Assembly: GCF_036321535.1 (NCBI RefSeq)
Contig: NC_087447.1
Span: forward strand, 52,640,001-52,704,000
Source: Camelus dromedarius
Lineage: Eukaryota
DNA: 64,000 bases
Direction: 5' to 3'
Positions 22,619 through 34,599 of this stretch are shown piece after piece; position 1 is the first letter of the stretch, and the number at the start of each line of letters is the position of its first letter. A program made the position numbers and the translations under genes. Below the pieces are notes generated by a model. That model worked only from the letters and a program-made list of their open reading frames with translations. It searched no databases and had not been told where the DNA came from.

Positions 22619-22655
<37 letters not shown>
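22619..22655. repeat. T37 homopolymer
   Basis: Counted directly. Confidence 0.95.
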
Positions 22656-22658
<3 letters not shown>

Positions 22659-23705
22659 GATGGAGATGAGCAAGTTTTCTTAACCACAACCCCACAATTG
22701 GCAAGATGTGTTCCAGTGCCTTCCAACAGCCCTGTGATCACCGCTCTACTGTGAGCATTAGGAGCAAGGCTCCTCCTACAAGGTAGAAATTTAAATTTTG
22801 AAGAATTAATGATGACTACCCACTGAGTTCTGATTAAAGAATAATGATTCTTTCTATAAAGGAGACTTTCCGCAGAAAGCTGTCCTGTGGTTGGAAGAGA
22901 AGTTTGGAGAGACATGTCCAGGAGAAGCACTGACCCTTCACAGATATTCTCTTTGAAGTGTACTCTTTCAAGTCATAAAAGTGACCAGAGGAAGAACTAA
23001 AAATGCGATGCACACTGATGCCTAGTTGCAAGTGTACCCTGGGAGGAGGTGGGGCTTCAGTAAGCTAAGCCTTCACTTAACTCAGCAGGGAGGTGCTGGA
23101 TACTGGGAAAGCTGATATATCACTTTGGAGCAGTTTAAGCAAGTGCTATTTAATGATGTGGAAGCAACCACCAGAAGAACTAAAAACAAAGGTAGTTAAA
23201 TGTGGTTGTCTTAGGGGAGGGGGGTCTGAGGTTGGGGAAGGATTTTGCTTTTTGCTCTAAGACCTTCTGCACTATTTTATTTTGTAATAATTTGTAAGGA
23301 TATCTTCAATTTTAGAAAATGAAAACAAAATCCTGCTCCCCAGGAAGACATAGTCTTTTAGGGAGTTTGGAACCATTCCTGTGTTTCTGTTGAGCTACTT
23401 CTCAGTCCTGTAACTTCCGGTGAACAGGATGTGGTGCAAATGGAGAATAGGGTGTGTTATATGATCCGGCCAAGGGGGTGGGGGCCGGCACAGAACAATC
23501 TTTCTAGAAGTGGTGGTAAATGTTTAGGAGTGCTCCATGTTCTTTCAAAAAGTACATTTTTTTCTGGAAACAGTTATGATCTAAACAGTCAATAATGAAG
23601 TTGGGGAAATAGCCAGGCATCACAGCTCATTTACAGGGGGAGTGATTGCCAGGTACCACATCTTTGCCAATTGCTTGGAGTATGGGACCTAGGAAAGCAT
23701 CTGTA

Positions 23706-23813
23706 AAAGGAAAACCAATCGTAGGGACAGTGTGAAAAGTTTAGATCCAGATGGTTCAGAAAGAAAACTCAGTCATAGGGATGGTGTGAAAAGTTTAGAT
23801 CCAGATGGTCCAG
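23706..23813. repeat. 54-bp tandem duplication (2 copies)
   Basis: Units 23706-23759 and 23760-23813 are 46/54 identical ungapped, with a perfect 26-nt core gtgtgaaaagtttagatccagatggt. Confidence 0.9.
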
Positions 23814-24185
23814 GTGTCTGTATCCTAAGCTGAATGCTCACTTTCAGGCTGGCAGCCAGAGGTGGGGTGTAGAGAGTGGGAAAGGTGCCAGGCTGGACTC
23901 AGAAGACCTGGGTTCTGGCTGTGCCCCTGGCAGTATTGGGCTGTGAGCTCTGAACTGCTTAGAGATGGCGCTGCACAGAGCAGGGTCATGGCGGGTAACC
24001 CTGGTTAAGTCATCCTCCTCTCTCAGCTTGTTTCTTTCTCTGTACACATGAATTTAACAATTTCTACTCCTAGAGTTGTCTTGAGGATTAAATGAGTTAA
24101 TACAGCAAATGCAACTTCTTAACTGACTTTCCTTGCTTTATCTTCCCCAGGTTACAAGCCTTCAATAACTTCCCATTTCATGGTG

Positions 24186-24513
24186 CATTATGTCCCAATA
24201 TAGTGTGAGCCACAAATGTGATTTCAAATATTCTAGAAGTCACTCTTTAGAAAAGTAATAGAAAACCAGTATTATTAATTTTAATAAGATTGTAATTGCT
24301 TTGTTTATAAATATATTTTATCTAGAACATTATAATTTTAACATATAATTGGTACAGAAAATTATTAATGGGACATTTTACTTTTTTTTTTATACTAAGT
24401 CTCTGAAATCCAGTGTGTATTTCACACTTGAAGTACGCAGCAATTTGGATTAACTACATTTCAAGTACTCAATAGCTGTGTGTGGCTGTTGGCTACCATA
24501 TTGGATAGTATAG
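24186..24513 (+). mobile_element. MER33 (hAT-Charlie)
   Basis: tgagccacaaatgtgatttcaaatattctag...tactaagtctctgaaatccagtgtgtatttcacactt...tggctaccatattggatag followed by atctagat. Confidence 0.85.
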
Positions 24514-24969
24514 ATCTAGATCTTCATTCAGCTTCTCCAACAGGCCACACACCTTCTGGCCTCTTCTCACAGGCTCTTTCCTCCACCTGGAATATGCCAT
24601 GCTCCATGCTCAACCCACTTTGCTAGGCTAAGTTCCAAATCAGGTCACTTCCTCCTGGAAACTCCCCATGGCTCCATTAGCCTAGGGCAAGGGTCCCTCC
24701 TCCATGCTCCCACAGCATTCTATAAAGTCCTGTCACACCACTTATTAAATGGGTTGTAACTGCTTGGATGTCTTGGATCTTAACCTCTACAGATATTTTA
24801 TCACGAACCTCCATTGCCTAGGATGTGCCCAGTTCATAACAGACACCCAGTAAACGTATGTGATTTTGTTTGTTAAAATAAAGCGCCCTTCAGACCATGA
24901 ACATGGATCCACTCCAGGATGGTCCTAAGAAGCAGACAGAAACTAGCTTTCTCTCTCCACACACCTCCT

Positions 24970-25185
24970 GACCTAGCCGCAGGTCTTGGAATGAGGCAGT
25001 TCTCAGTTCGAATCCTGATTCTACAACTCAATCTGTGTTCTGGCCAAGACCTGTTACCTCTGGGAGCCTCAGCTTCTCCATCTGTAAATGGGGCTATCAA
25101 TCCCTGCCTTTCATAGTTGTTGCACAGACTAAGCAACGTGTGTAAAGTGGCCTAGAAAAGCACCTGGCACGTGGTAAGTACCTAA
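24970..25185 (+). mobile_element. MIR
   Basis: gttcgaatcctg...gcctcagcttctccatctgtaaatggg...catagttgttg...cacctggcacgtggtaagta. Confidence 0.8.
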
Positions 25186-25187
25186 CA

Positions 25188-25395
25188 CCCAATTTCATCA
25201 CGTTGGAGATGCCATCAGCTACAGCCACTCCAGTCATAAGATACACTGTTACTTTATGAGCCACTGAGAAAAGAGGGAAAATCCTCAATAACAATGCCAA
25301 GTAAACTATGACACGCCTATGGTGTGTAAGATGAGCCTCAACGTCAGGGACGTTAAAATGTTTAATTGCATGTGTCTTTAAATGGAAGACGTGAT
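25188..25395. mobile_element. MER104-like Tc1/mariner MITE
   Basis: atttcatca..gatgccatc...actttatgagccactgagaaaag...taaactatgacacgcc...tgtaagatg...gttaaaatgt. Confidence 0.6.
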
Positions 25396-28300
25396 AAATG
25401 CTCCCCTCAGCCCCCTGGAGAGCAGTCCTGGTAGAACTCTAGGTGGGAGATGCTAAGCTCTGATTTGTGTCAAATCACATGGAGTCATGAGAGTTGGGCT
25501 TCACTGGCAGGTGAGGAATGACTTGTTACAAAGCACCCACTAATATTTTAATTACTCCTCAAAACAATCTTCTTTGGTATACTGCTTTTTAAATGGAAGA
25601 AATGGTGGCTCAGAGAGGGTAGTTGCCCAGCTAGCATCCAGGAGGGCCAGGACCAGAGCCCCAGCCTGTGTCAGCACAGCCCCGCGGTCTTCCACCACAC
25701 ACGCCTGCGTGAAAGCCCTGGGCTCCTGAGGCTGACGGGAGCTCCCCAGCCTTGTCAGCAGCATCCTGTTAATGAGCAGTAAAGGCCTAACCTCCTCAAA
25801 GAAGCTCAGGATCAAACCGCCAGACGCAAGCTTACTGGATGCAATGCCAGGAACGAGCCTTGCAAACACCAGGTTAAGGAGACCCCCGCAAAGCTGTGAG
25901 GGAGGAGAGAGCCTCGCTCTGCAGGGGCTGTGCGCTGGCGGAGGAACGGGTGTGCACTGCTCCGCTTGCTCCAGCATCCAGTGGAAGGGAAGAAAGAACA
26001 CTAGCCTCCTCCTGCAGGATCTCAGCAAGCTTCCACATTCCTCAACATAACCCATTTGTGGGCGAAGAGAAAGGTGGAAGGGTCCTGGGGCTGAGACGGC
26101 TGGGGTGGTAAATGGGAGGCATTCCGACAAGAAGGGAGGCCCTAGCGTCGGGGAGTGCCCTGAGCTCCTAAGTGCTTGAAACTTACAGGTCAAATGCAAG
26201 TACCTGGCTGGCGGCAGGGGCTGAGGACAAGAGGCAAAAAAGCAGAAGGCCCCCCGCTGGCCAAGGGGGACTGGCTTTGCTCCTAAATCTGTGTGAGGGT
26301 ATTTTGCAGGAGGCATCAGTCTTTTGCTCTCCCAGGCTTCCTGAGGCTGAGACGGTTGACAAGTGCTGCTCCTGCAGATTGGAGATACAGGGGTTTTGCT
26401 CCTTTAATTCTCTTTCCTTTGAAAGTTAAGCCTCTTTTCCATGGTGTCAACCGAATCAGGTCGCTGATTTCCTCCTCTGAGGAAGTCTGTACTTAATGAG
26501 AGTTTCTCAGGCCTTTTCTTTGTTTAAAGGAGCTCCCTCCATCTGCTTCCTATTTTTCCAGAGTACATCTTTGGGAGTCAGGTAAGAGGGGAGCTAGTCT
26601 GCCCAAATGGCTTGCCAGGCCACCCATCTCCCCAGACTCCCCCCCCACCAACTACTCCACCCTCTGCTGAAACCCCAGCTCCAGCAGAAGAGAGATTAAA
26701 AACCACTGAGCTGGCACTTCCAGCTGTGGCATTTGATGATTCTGCTATAAATTAGGGGGAGAAAAGAAAGGCCCAACCGTGTAAGAGTGGCAGCAGCCTG
26801 ATGCAGCAGAAGGATGGCTGGGTTTGGAGCACAGAGAAAAGCAGTCTTTTCATCTTAGTCCAGCTGTGACCTGACTGTCCCCGTGGTTTGGCTTGGGTTC
26901 ATTCTTGGACCTGCCATTCACTTAGCATGTGACCTGGGCCAGGGTCCTTCTCTCTGGGCCTGTTTCCAAAGGAGCTGGGAGAGCTCAGTGTCTTTCAAAC
27001 TGTGCTTAGGAGGCATCCTAAGATCTCCCCTCCCCTTCCTCCCCACTTTAACTTGCTTTCCTCTATTTTGTACATTGTGGGTCCCTAAAAAAATTTCCTT
27101 TGAAGAGAAGCTTTTGTGACCAATAAAAGTTTGGAATCTGCCAGACTGAATAATCTTGTACATTGTTTGACAACCTTGACATCCTCTGATTCTAAAATCG
27201 CCAAGTTACAATCTATTTGCGGGAACAAACAAGGCCCAAAGAAGTCCCAAGCTGTTGGATATGTCTGAGCCGTGTGTCTGTGTGTGTTTTCAATCCTTTA
27301 CCATTTTTTTTTTTGATGCCTCTGCCTCTCAGACACAAACCACATGCAAACATCTCACCTGGAAAGTCTGGTTGTTCTTAGTTATTTATGTGCACCGAGT
27401 GCCCACAGGTGACGTGGGCACACGTGCGTCTGTGCCCAGGCCAGCTCTCTGCTTTGCCCTCTGCAGGTGGAGAGGCCGCTGCTGCTCTGCGGCTGGCAAA
27501 CAAGCAAGCCAACTGAGAGAAACACGGCTGTGCAGGCAGGCACCCACAGCCTGGGCTTTCCACTTCTGCTGCTGGCCTGCCTCCATCCCCCAGGCCTTCC
27601 CTGGTGCTTACTCATCTCTCCAAGATGGAAAAAAGAAGCTAGAAAATGCAGCTGGGTAGCCATTTCAAGATGGTGACGTGATGCTAGAAAATCTGCATGG
27701 AAGGGGCTGCAGGCTTCTCAAGTTTCCAAAGGCTTATTGGGTGAAAATTCCAGACCCAAGCCCCTCCCAACACCCCAGCTGCAGAGACAGCCTGGGGGGA
27801 AATACGATTTGAGACTGGTTCTCCCAGGGTGACAGGTAATCCTCAGTACCATGGACGGATAGGCCTTCTGGTCCAGCCCGAGACTCCAACAGAGGGGAGC
27901 AAATGACAGGAAAGCCAGACTGTGAATAAATCAAGAGTAATTTCTACTTCTCTTTGGATCATGTGGGTTTGATTTGGAAGAAGGGTAGAGCACACATGCT
28001 TTTCTGACTATACCTTCACTCGGCCACCTACAAATGAGCAGAAACCCAGACTGCAAAGCTGGAAGAGGCCCTGGAGATCATGCAGTTCACCTGCTTCATT
28101 TGAAGGATGAGAAAACTGAGACCCTGTGTAGGGAAGCTCCTTGCTGGAATCATCCAGCTATGGGGGAGAATTCAGTCTGGACCACAGGCCACTGGCCATT
28201 TCATTCAGCTGCCAGGGCTCAAGTGCCCTGCTGTAGCCTTCCATTTGGTCACAGCACACTGTGGTAGGAGAGGACGGGGGTGCTGTGCACAGCACACGTG

Positions 28301-29359
28301 GGGACACGGTGCCTGAGTGCAGAAGGAGTGTCGGGGCTGCCGCGTGTGGTTGGTCAGCTTGTGCTCTGCACAAGGACGCCCACCTGGGAGTGAATGAGAC
28401 CTGAAACCTAGCTCCCACTCTGCCGGCCCAGCTGTGTGCCCTGGGGCAGGGTCATGTCTGCCTGGAGGATGGGAGGAAGGGAGTCCCTCTCTCAAGCTCA
28501 CAGAAGCGCTTCAAGGGCTGGCAGGGCTTCCAGGGAGAGACTGGAGCAAGGCCCTGAGAGGAAAGGGGAAAGGGAGGACGGGGGAAGGGCTACTGTCAGA
28601 GAGTCCACAATCTCTGCAGGTCTCCCCTGGCCCAGGCCCAGAACCCCAAAACACCGGGGTGCAGGCATCTCTAGGAGGACCAGGCCCGCAGCATCCCTCT
28701 CTGTACGCTGTCTCAGAGTACAAGGTGATAGACTCTGTGCATCCGGGCCACCCACAGCCCCGGCCCAATTGCTCTGGGGTCCTGTTGGGATCCCCAAAGC
28801 CTCTGTCACTACCACACTCCTGGCTGCTCTGCGGCGGAGGGGGCATACTCTGCAGTCTCCCCGCCTCCCGCCCGCTTTCTTTCCTGCTCCCCCACTTCCT
28901 GAGGAGAGAGGACGGCAGAAAGCCCAGATGCTCAGGCTGCCTCCCGGAGTCCGCTGCCTGCAAACACTCCTCCCCTCCGACCCCCCCAACTTCTGCTGCT
29001 TCAGGAAAGGGCTGAAGACACGGATTCTAAATATAGGTCCATCCCCTATCCTCCTGCCCAGCTAATATTAGCCCTTGGGTGGAATCCACCCATTATAGCA
29101 TTATTCCCTTTTTATTTTTGGCTGCGCTGGTGGGAATTCTGCTTACAGTAAGGCAGGCTGAGCCAGCAGAAGACCGGGGACCACACCAAGCCAAATGCAG
29201 CGAGAGCGCTGCTCCCCGGGGGCTGCGCCAGATGATTTATGGAGCTCCTTTCCAGCACAAGACTGATGATTCTGTGAACCAGGAGGCTTGGGAAGCCGGT
29301 GGGGGTGAGGATGGGGGTGGTTCTGGTTAATTGAATTTGTCAGCTTCCAGATGGAAGGG

Positions 29360-29610
29360 GCACTAACAATTGTTGATCATTTATTTTGAGCCAGGGATGC
29401 TACTAAGGGTTGCAAATATGTGATTTCCTGGAATCTTTAAAACAGCCCTACAAGGATGGGTGGAATTGTTGTCCCTGTTTTACAGATGGGGGCACTGAGG
29501 CTCGAAGAGGTAAAGGTAACTGGCCCTCTGACTCACGGTGAGTCAAAGTAAAGACGAGACGTGAACCTAGGTCTTGGGGACTGCGACGCCTTGGTTTTTC
29601 ACCATGCTTG
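29360..29610 (-). mobile_element. MIR
   Basis: aacagccctacaagg...ccctgttttacagatgggggcactgaggctcgaagagg. Confidence 0.75.
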
Positions 29611-31639
29611 TCAGGACTGTATTTGCTTCAAAGCTGGCAGAACATCTGGGGGAAATGCTGTGGTACGCTCCTTCTGTATGGTCTGTAGTTAGGGCCAGAG
29701 AAGTAAAGTGCTGACTCTGGAGTCAGGGGACTTGAACTCTGGGCCAGCCTCCATCAGGTCAACTTGGAGTAACTGGTTAAGCCTCTTGGACCTTGGTTTC
29801 CCCTCTGGAAAACAGAGATGCAGGTACAGATATCTCCAAAGGCACTTGAAGCCCTGGCTTTTGGAGTCTGTGTTGCATTTCTTGGTGGTGGTAGTGGTTG
29901 TGGGAAGGGGGTGGGTCTTCTTTATTTTAATGGCCAGTTCTCACCATCCCGACTTAGACATGCAGCCTCAAAAGAGCACAGGGTGGTGGTGGGGACAGGG
30001 GAGGGGGCATGAGGTGGGGGCTGAGAGCAAACTGAACGTGTTATTGACCAGGAAGCCTCCAAAAGCCTCCTTCCTACAAGATTTCAGCTCGCTGTCTCGC
30101 AACACCTCTCTACAAAGTAAAAGAGAACAAGAAAAGCTCGTTCTGCCTCAGGCAGCAGAGCACAAACGAGGTCCTCTTGGTTTCTCAGACACACGAGGAG
30201 AAGGGAGGAGGAAGCAGACGCTGCGGAGCACGTGCGTGACCAGTAACACGTTGGGGAACAGTAGGTATCGATTTCATTTGACTGTTTATTTTCCCATCTT
30301 GTTCCAATGAGGATTTAAGACAGGGAGATTTAGGAGCTGGGGATACCACGAGGATGGCAATGTCATTCACCAAGAAAGGAGTCAGCGACGATGGCTGATT
30401 GTGTCTAGAAGCAAAGTTATAAGCTCTTGCCTCTACTGGGAAAATGAGACTGGCCAGACAAAGTGACTCATGACTGCTGGATTATTCTCTAGCCCTGCAG
30501 AAATGTACCCTTTAGGGTACACAGCCTCGCTGTCAGCATTTTGATGAAAGGCTCAGGACCAAAACCAAGGCCTGCTTGACAGTTCCCCAAAACCTCATGG
30601 AATGATTCTATTCCCAGACTCCAGACGGTGGAGGAGCTTTCCCACTGAGCCAAGTCAGAGGAAGTCCCCAAATCCTTGCCACTTCATCTTCCTTGGATTT
30701 TACTGAAGTTAAACCAATACTGAAATTTAATTTCCAGAAATGTTTCCTGGACCATTTTTCTGCGGAAGGAAGAGAGCCCATTAGTGAGCCACTCAAGTGG
30801 CCCATGGCAGTCTCTCAGGAATTCTCTGAGCCAGCAGCTCCCGAGCGGTGCCGGGTATGTGTGTGTCTGTGCACGAGTGACAGGCGGGCGCGGTGACACT
30901 GTCACCATCAGGAAATCACAAACAACAGGATTGTTTCCAAGGTGAGACAAGGGTTCTGCGTCCTCCCAGAAACAAAGAGCCTGAAGGGAAATCGCACAGG
31001 CGCGCCAACACGTGCAGACACAGACAAGTGCATGGGGTCCAGGAACACAGATGATCCAACAAGCACCTACGGGCCCAGACGCACCTGCCCGCACAGCAGA
31101 CACGTGCACACGTGTCTCCCCGGCAAAGTCCCCAGATACACTGTGGCTCAGCCCTCCAAGTGTCCACAGACTCTGGCATTGGGGCCAGGGAGGCTGGGCC
31201 CTCCAAGCTGAAGTCTGCCTCCTTAGGGACTCCCTTGCTAGGCACTAGCCCTGGAGGAACTGCCCTGCTGCCCCAACTCCTAAAGTGTCAGTAGGTTCAT
31301 TTTCACAGCTGATTCCTCATCACTTCTACCCAGACCTTGGAGTGAGTGCTCCAGGCAGGAGATGAGTGACATCTCGTGAGAGGAAGTTTAACATCTCGTG
31401 AGAGGGACACCAGATAAGAGGGTGTTAAGGAGAGAGTGGCAGGCTGGCAGCGAGATGGAGAATAAAACTCAGTGTCCAGTCTCCTGTACGTGTGGATGCC
31501 CAGAGCCCAGCCCAGCGGGGCGCTTGGTAGGGCTTCATAGATGATTACTTGATGCTTTCATTCAAGCTATTTCAGGCCTAACTTACTCGGACCCTCGACC
31601 TTGCCTCCCCACCCCCCAGAATGTCAAGTTCATGTTATA

Positions 31640-32070
31640 GCCTGGCCTGCAGAGTGCTTCCTAACCAGGCAGAACCTGTCTTCCCATCGCATCCCTCCCA
31701 CCTCCCCTACGTCTGCCCTTCACTCCTTGTTGCTACTGCATTCCACTTTTCCCCATTTCTCCAGGACTCCAGGCCCATCAGGTGTCAGAGCCTTTGTGCA
31801 AACTTGCCCTCCACCAGGAAGACCCCGGCTTCCTCCTCTGTCTAGTACACTCTCATCCTTCAAGACACACATCAAACATCCCCTGCTCTTCTTCAGCTTT
31901 CGCTGTTCTGCACCCCACCCCCTCACCCCTGCTCCAGGTAGATTCACTGCAGCCTCCAAAGGGCTCCTGGAGACCTTCCTGCATCCCTTTGTGGCCATCT
32001 CCCTGCAGCGAGCAGCTCTGAGGGGAGCCCTGTCTCACTCATCCCAGAGCCTAACACCTAGTAAGTGATG
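31640..32070 (+). mobile_element. L2 fragment
   Basis: tcagagcctttgtgcaaacttgccctccaccagga...ctcatccttcaagacacacatcaaacatcccct...cccagagcctaacacctagtaagtg. Confidence 0.65.
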
Positions 32071-34599
32071 CTGATGGAAAATCATGGAGGCGGTACCATC
32101 ACTCCTGGGGCCTGTTTCTGGGCTTTGTGGGGTCCCATAGCTAGCCTCCTCCCCATCTGGGTAGAAACAGAAGAAACAGTGAACGCCAAGTATGGGGACC
32201 AGACTGGAGATGGAAGCAAGTCCGGGGCATCGACTGTACTAAGCCTGCTGCCAGGGCTGCTGCAATCACATGTGCCCTCCCCTGGGACACATTCGAGGGT
32301 GTAATGCCCATTGCTCCGCATCCTTGCCCCTCGGCAGGTGGCTCCTGCAGCCTCCTGTCCCACTTAATCTTCCCGAAGTCTCTTCTCTGGAGGCCCCTGG
32401 GTATAAAACATCATTAAGGCCACATCTCTCCTAGTTTAAACTTCCGAACTCTTCAGTGCACAAGAGATACTGCTCTGCCTTTTGGCTGGAAAAACTGGGG
32501 CGGCCACACTGGGTCAGTGGGAGCAGAAGCTGCAAGCCCTTCGTGCTCCATGAAGGAAGCCCCAAATTGACTGATACCTGCTTGGCCCATTCAGCAAAAT
32601 ACACGTATAAAATGAGATGACTTAAAAATCTTTCTGTACTGATTTATTTGTATTTCCAAAAGGTCCCAGTCACTTCTTTTTTATCAACTGGACAGAAACC
32701 TGGCCTGAGTAAAGGATTGAGAGGTGGAAGTAAACTCAACAACAAAAACATCTGAGCATCTGTATCTAGTGTTAGGCCCTGCACATGGAGAGGTGAGGGG
32801 GATGTGTGGCCAGCCCTCCAGGAACCTCCAGGAGAAGCAGAGCTTCCTGGTTCACATTCAGATTCAAAAGACAGTTCCTCAGTGCTTTTGATGTGCCTGG
32901 ATGTCACAGGGACCAGTACACTGTCTTCTCATTGCCCCCCAAAAGGGAGGCATCGTGGTCATTTCTACTTCATGGAGAAAGTAATTGTCCAGGTCAAGCA
33001 GCCAGGGGGTGCTCTGGAATTTGAACCCAGGTCTGCACAGCTCCCAGCATCAATGGTCTTACTCCCATAATGGACAAGCACATCTTTGGTCCAGGTTACA
33101 GTGGAGATTTCTGAAGATTTTTAGAGATCCTTTACTTCATTTTGTTTTCCTAATAACTCTAGGAAGGAGGCTTCTATGTCCCTATTTTACCAGCAAGCAA
33201 ACTGGGATTCAGTGTTATCCACTCCAGTTTGGAATAAGATCCAGGACCAGAATTCCATATTCTTAAGCCCGAGCTCCTAGTGAGCAGGGATGGCCTTGCT
33301 AGGGCTGTGGGAGGGAAGACAGGGTCCAGGAGGTGGGGATGCTCTGTGAAAGGCCTGCATTCCACTCAGGGACAGTGCTCCAAGGTCACATATGGTTAGA
33401 GTTCTGCCTCTCCGGTGCCCTTGGGCTGCTGTTTAGGAAAAGGTCCTGAGTCATGAAAACCTTTACCGTCCCAGGATGAAGTGCAGACTTCTTCAAAAAG
33501 CACACAAGCCCTTTAGGATCTGCCTCCTGGGGTCTCTCCAAGTTGTCATTCAGCACTGTTCCTTTGAGTCCTTGCAAATGACTCTGAATGTGCAGACAGA
33601 CTGCTCTCGCTGACCTCCTGGTTCTGCTTGTCTCAAAGGCCCACTAGGCCAATCCCCATACATCCTGCAAGCTTCCTGCTGGGTCATATTTCCTCCGACA
33701 CTGTCTGTCCCTGCTATCTCCTCCCTCTACTTTCCCGTGGCCTCCTTTGATGCCTGTGTTATGGCATCTGCTTGGGAGTCACTATTTGTTTACAGACTGA
33801 TCTTGCCCACCAGACCGGGTACTCCTCTGGGACAGAAATGCACTCCCATCTGTATGACCCAACACTTCAGCATAGGGCCTGGCACAGAAAAGGAGCTTAA
33901 TATGGAACTACTGAATGAATTAACAGAGTAATTGAAGGAAGGAGCGAATGACCGCCATTCACAGCGTCGCTCCTTCAGAAACGCTCAGGGAGTGAACATC
34001 ATCGTTACCTGCCCCGTAACGTAGTGAGATTGCTGCATTTCAGACTCTTGTTTCTTGTTCCAAGCAATTTCACTCAGGAATAGTCTCTCCTCATTTTCAC
34101 ATGTGAAAAAGGAACAGAAACAAACACAACTCTTCTGTTAACCTGGATGCCGAGCTATTAATACTTGTGGATATTTTGATTTTCTAGGAGGACAGGGATG
34201 GGTTCCAGGGGAGACAATGGTGTGAGCATTGGTCTGGGTCAGCAGGTGGCCAATTTGTTATCCGTTTTGGAGGAGAAAGTTTTGCTTCAAGGGAGAATTC
34301 ATCCAGGCATTTGTGCTGACATGTTTAAAACAGAAAAAAAAAAAAAAAAAAAAGGCAGGAATCATATCTGTCTGTCCACCTCAGTTTCCCAGTATTGAAC
34401 ATCTTGCCTGGTACAGTAGCAGGAGAGTCCCTGTCCTGCTCATAGGGAAATTGTCAGGCTTCAATCTAACGTCAAGTTTCTGGGGCCACAAACTCCTCCA
34501 ACATTAGATACACAGTAAGGTACAACCGTGAGCTGTCCTAAGCTTTGTCCTCATCATAACTTTTTAGAGTTCTCAAAAAAAAAAAAAAAAAAAAAAGAA

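Noticed and set aside
23706..23813. Repeat-spacer-repeat appearance suggestive of CRISPR
   Set aside because: Only two units, the apparent spacer is itself part of the duplicated unit, there are no cas genes and the DNA is mammalian
25552..26316. Longest ORF (254 aa, minus strand)
   Set aside because: Pro/Leu/Ser/Arg-rich composition typical of GC-rich chance ORFs; its 3' end runs into a MIR-like fragment; no recognisable domain
28434..29065. Four overlapping ORFs of 150-209 aa on both strands
   Set aside because: Stop-codon scarcity in a GC-rich stretch; simultaneous openness in many frames argues against coding
29708..30310. 200-aa ORF
   Set aside because: Begins inside a MIR and crosses low-complexity (GTG)n; no domain
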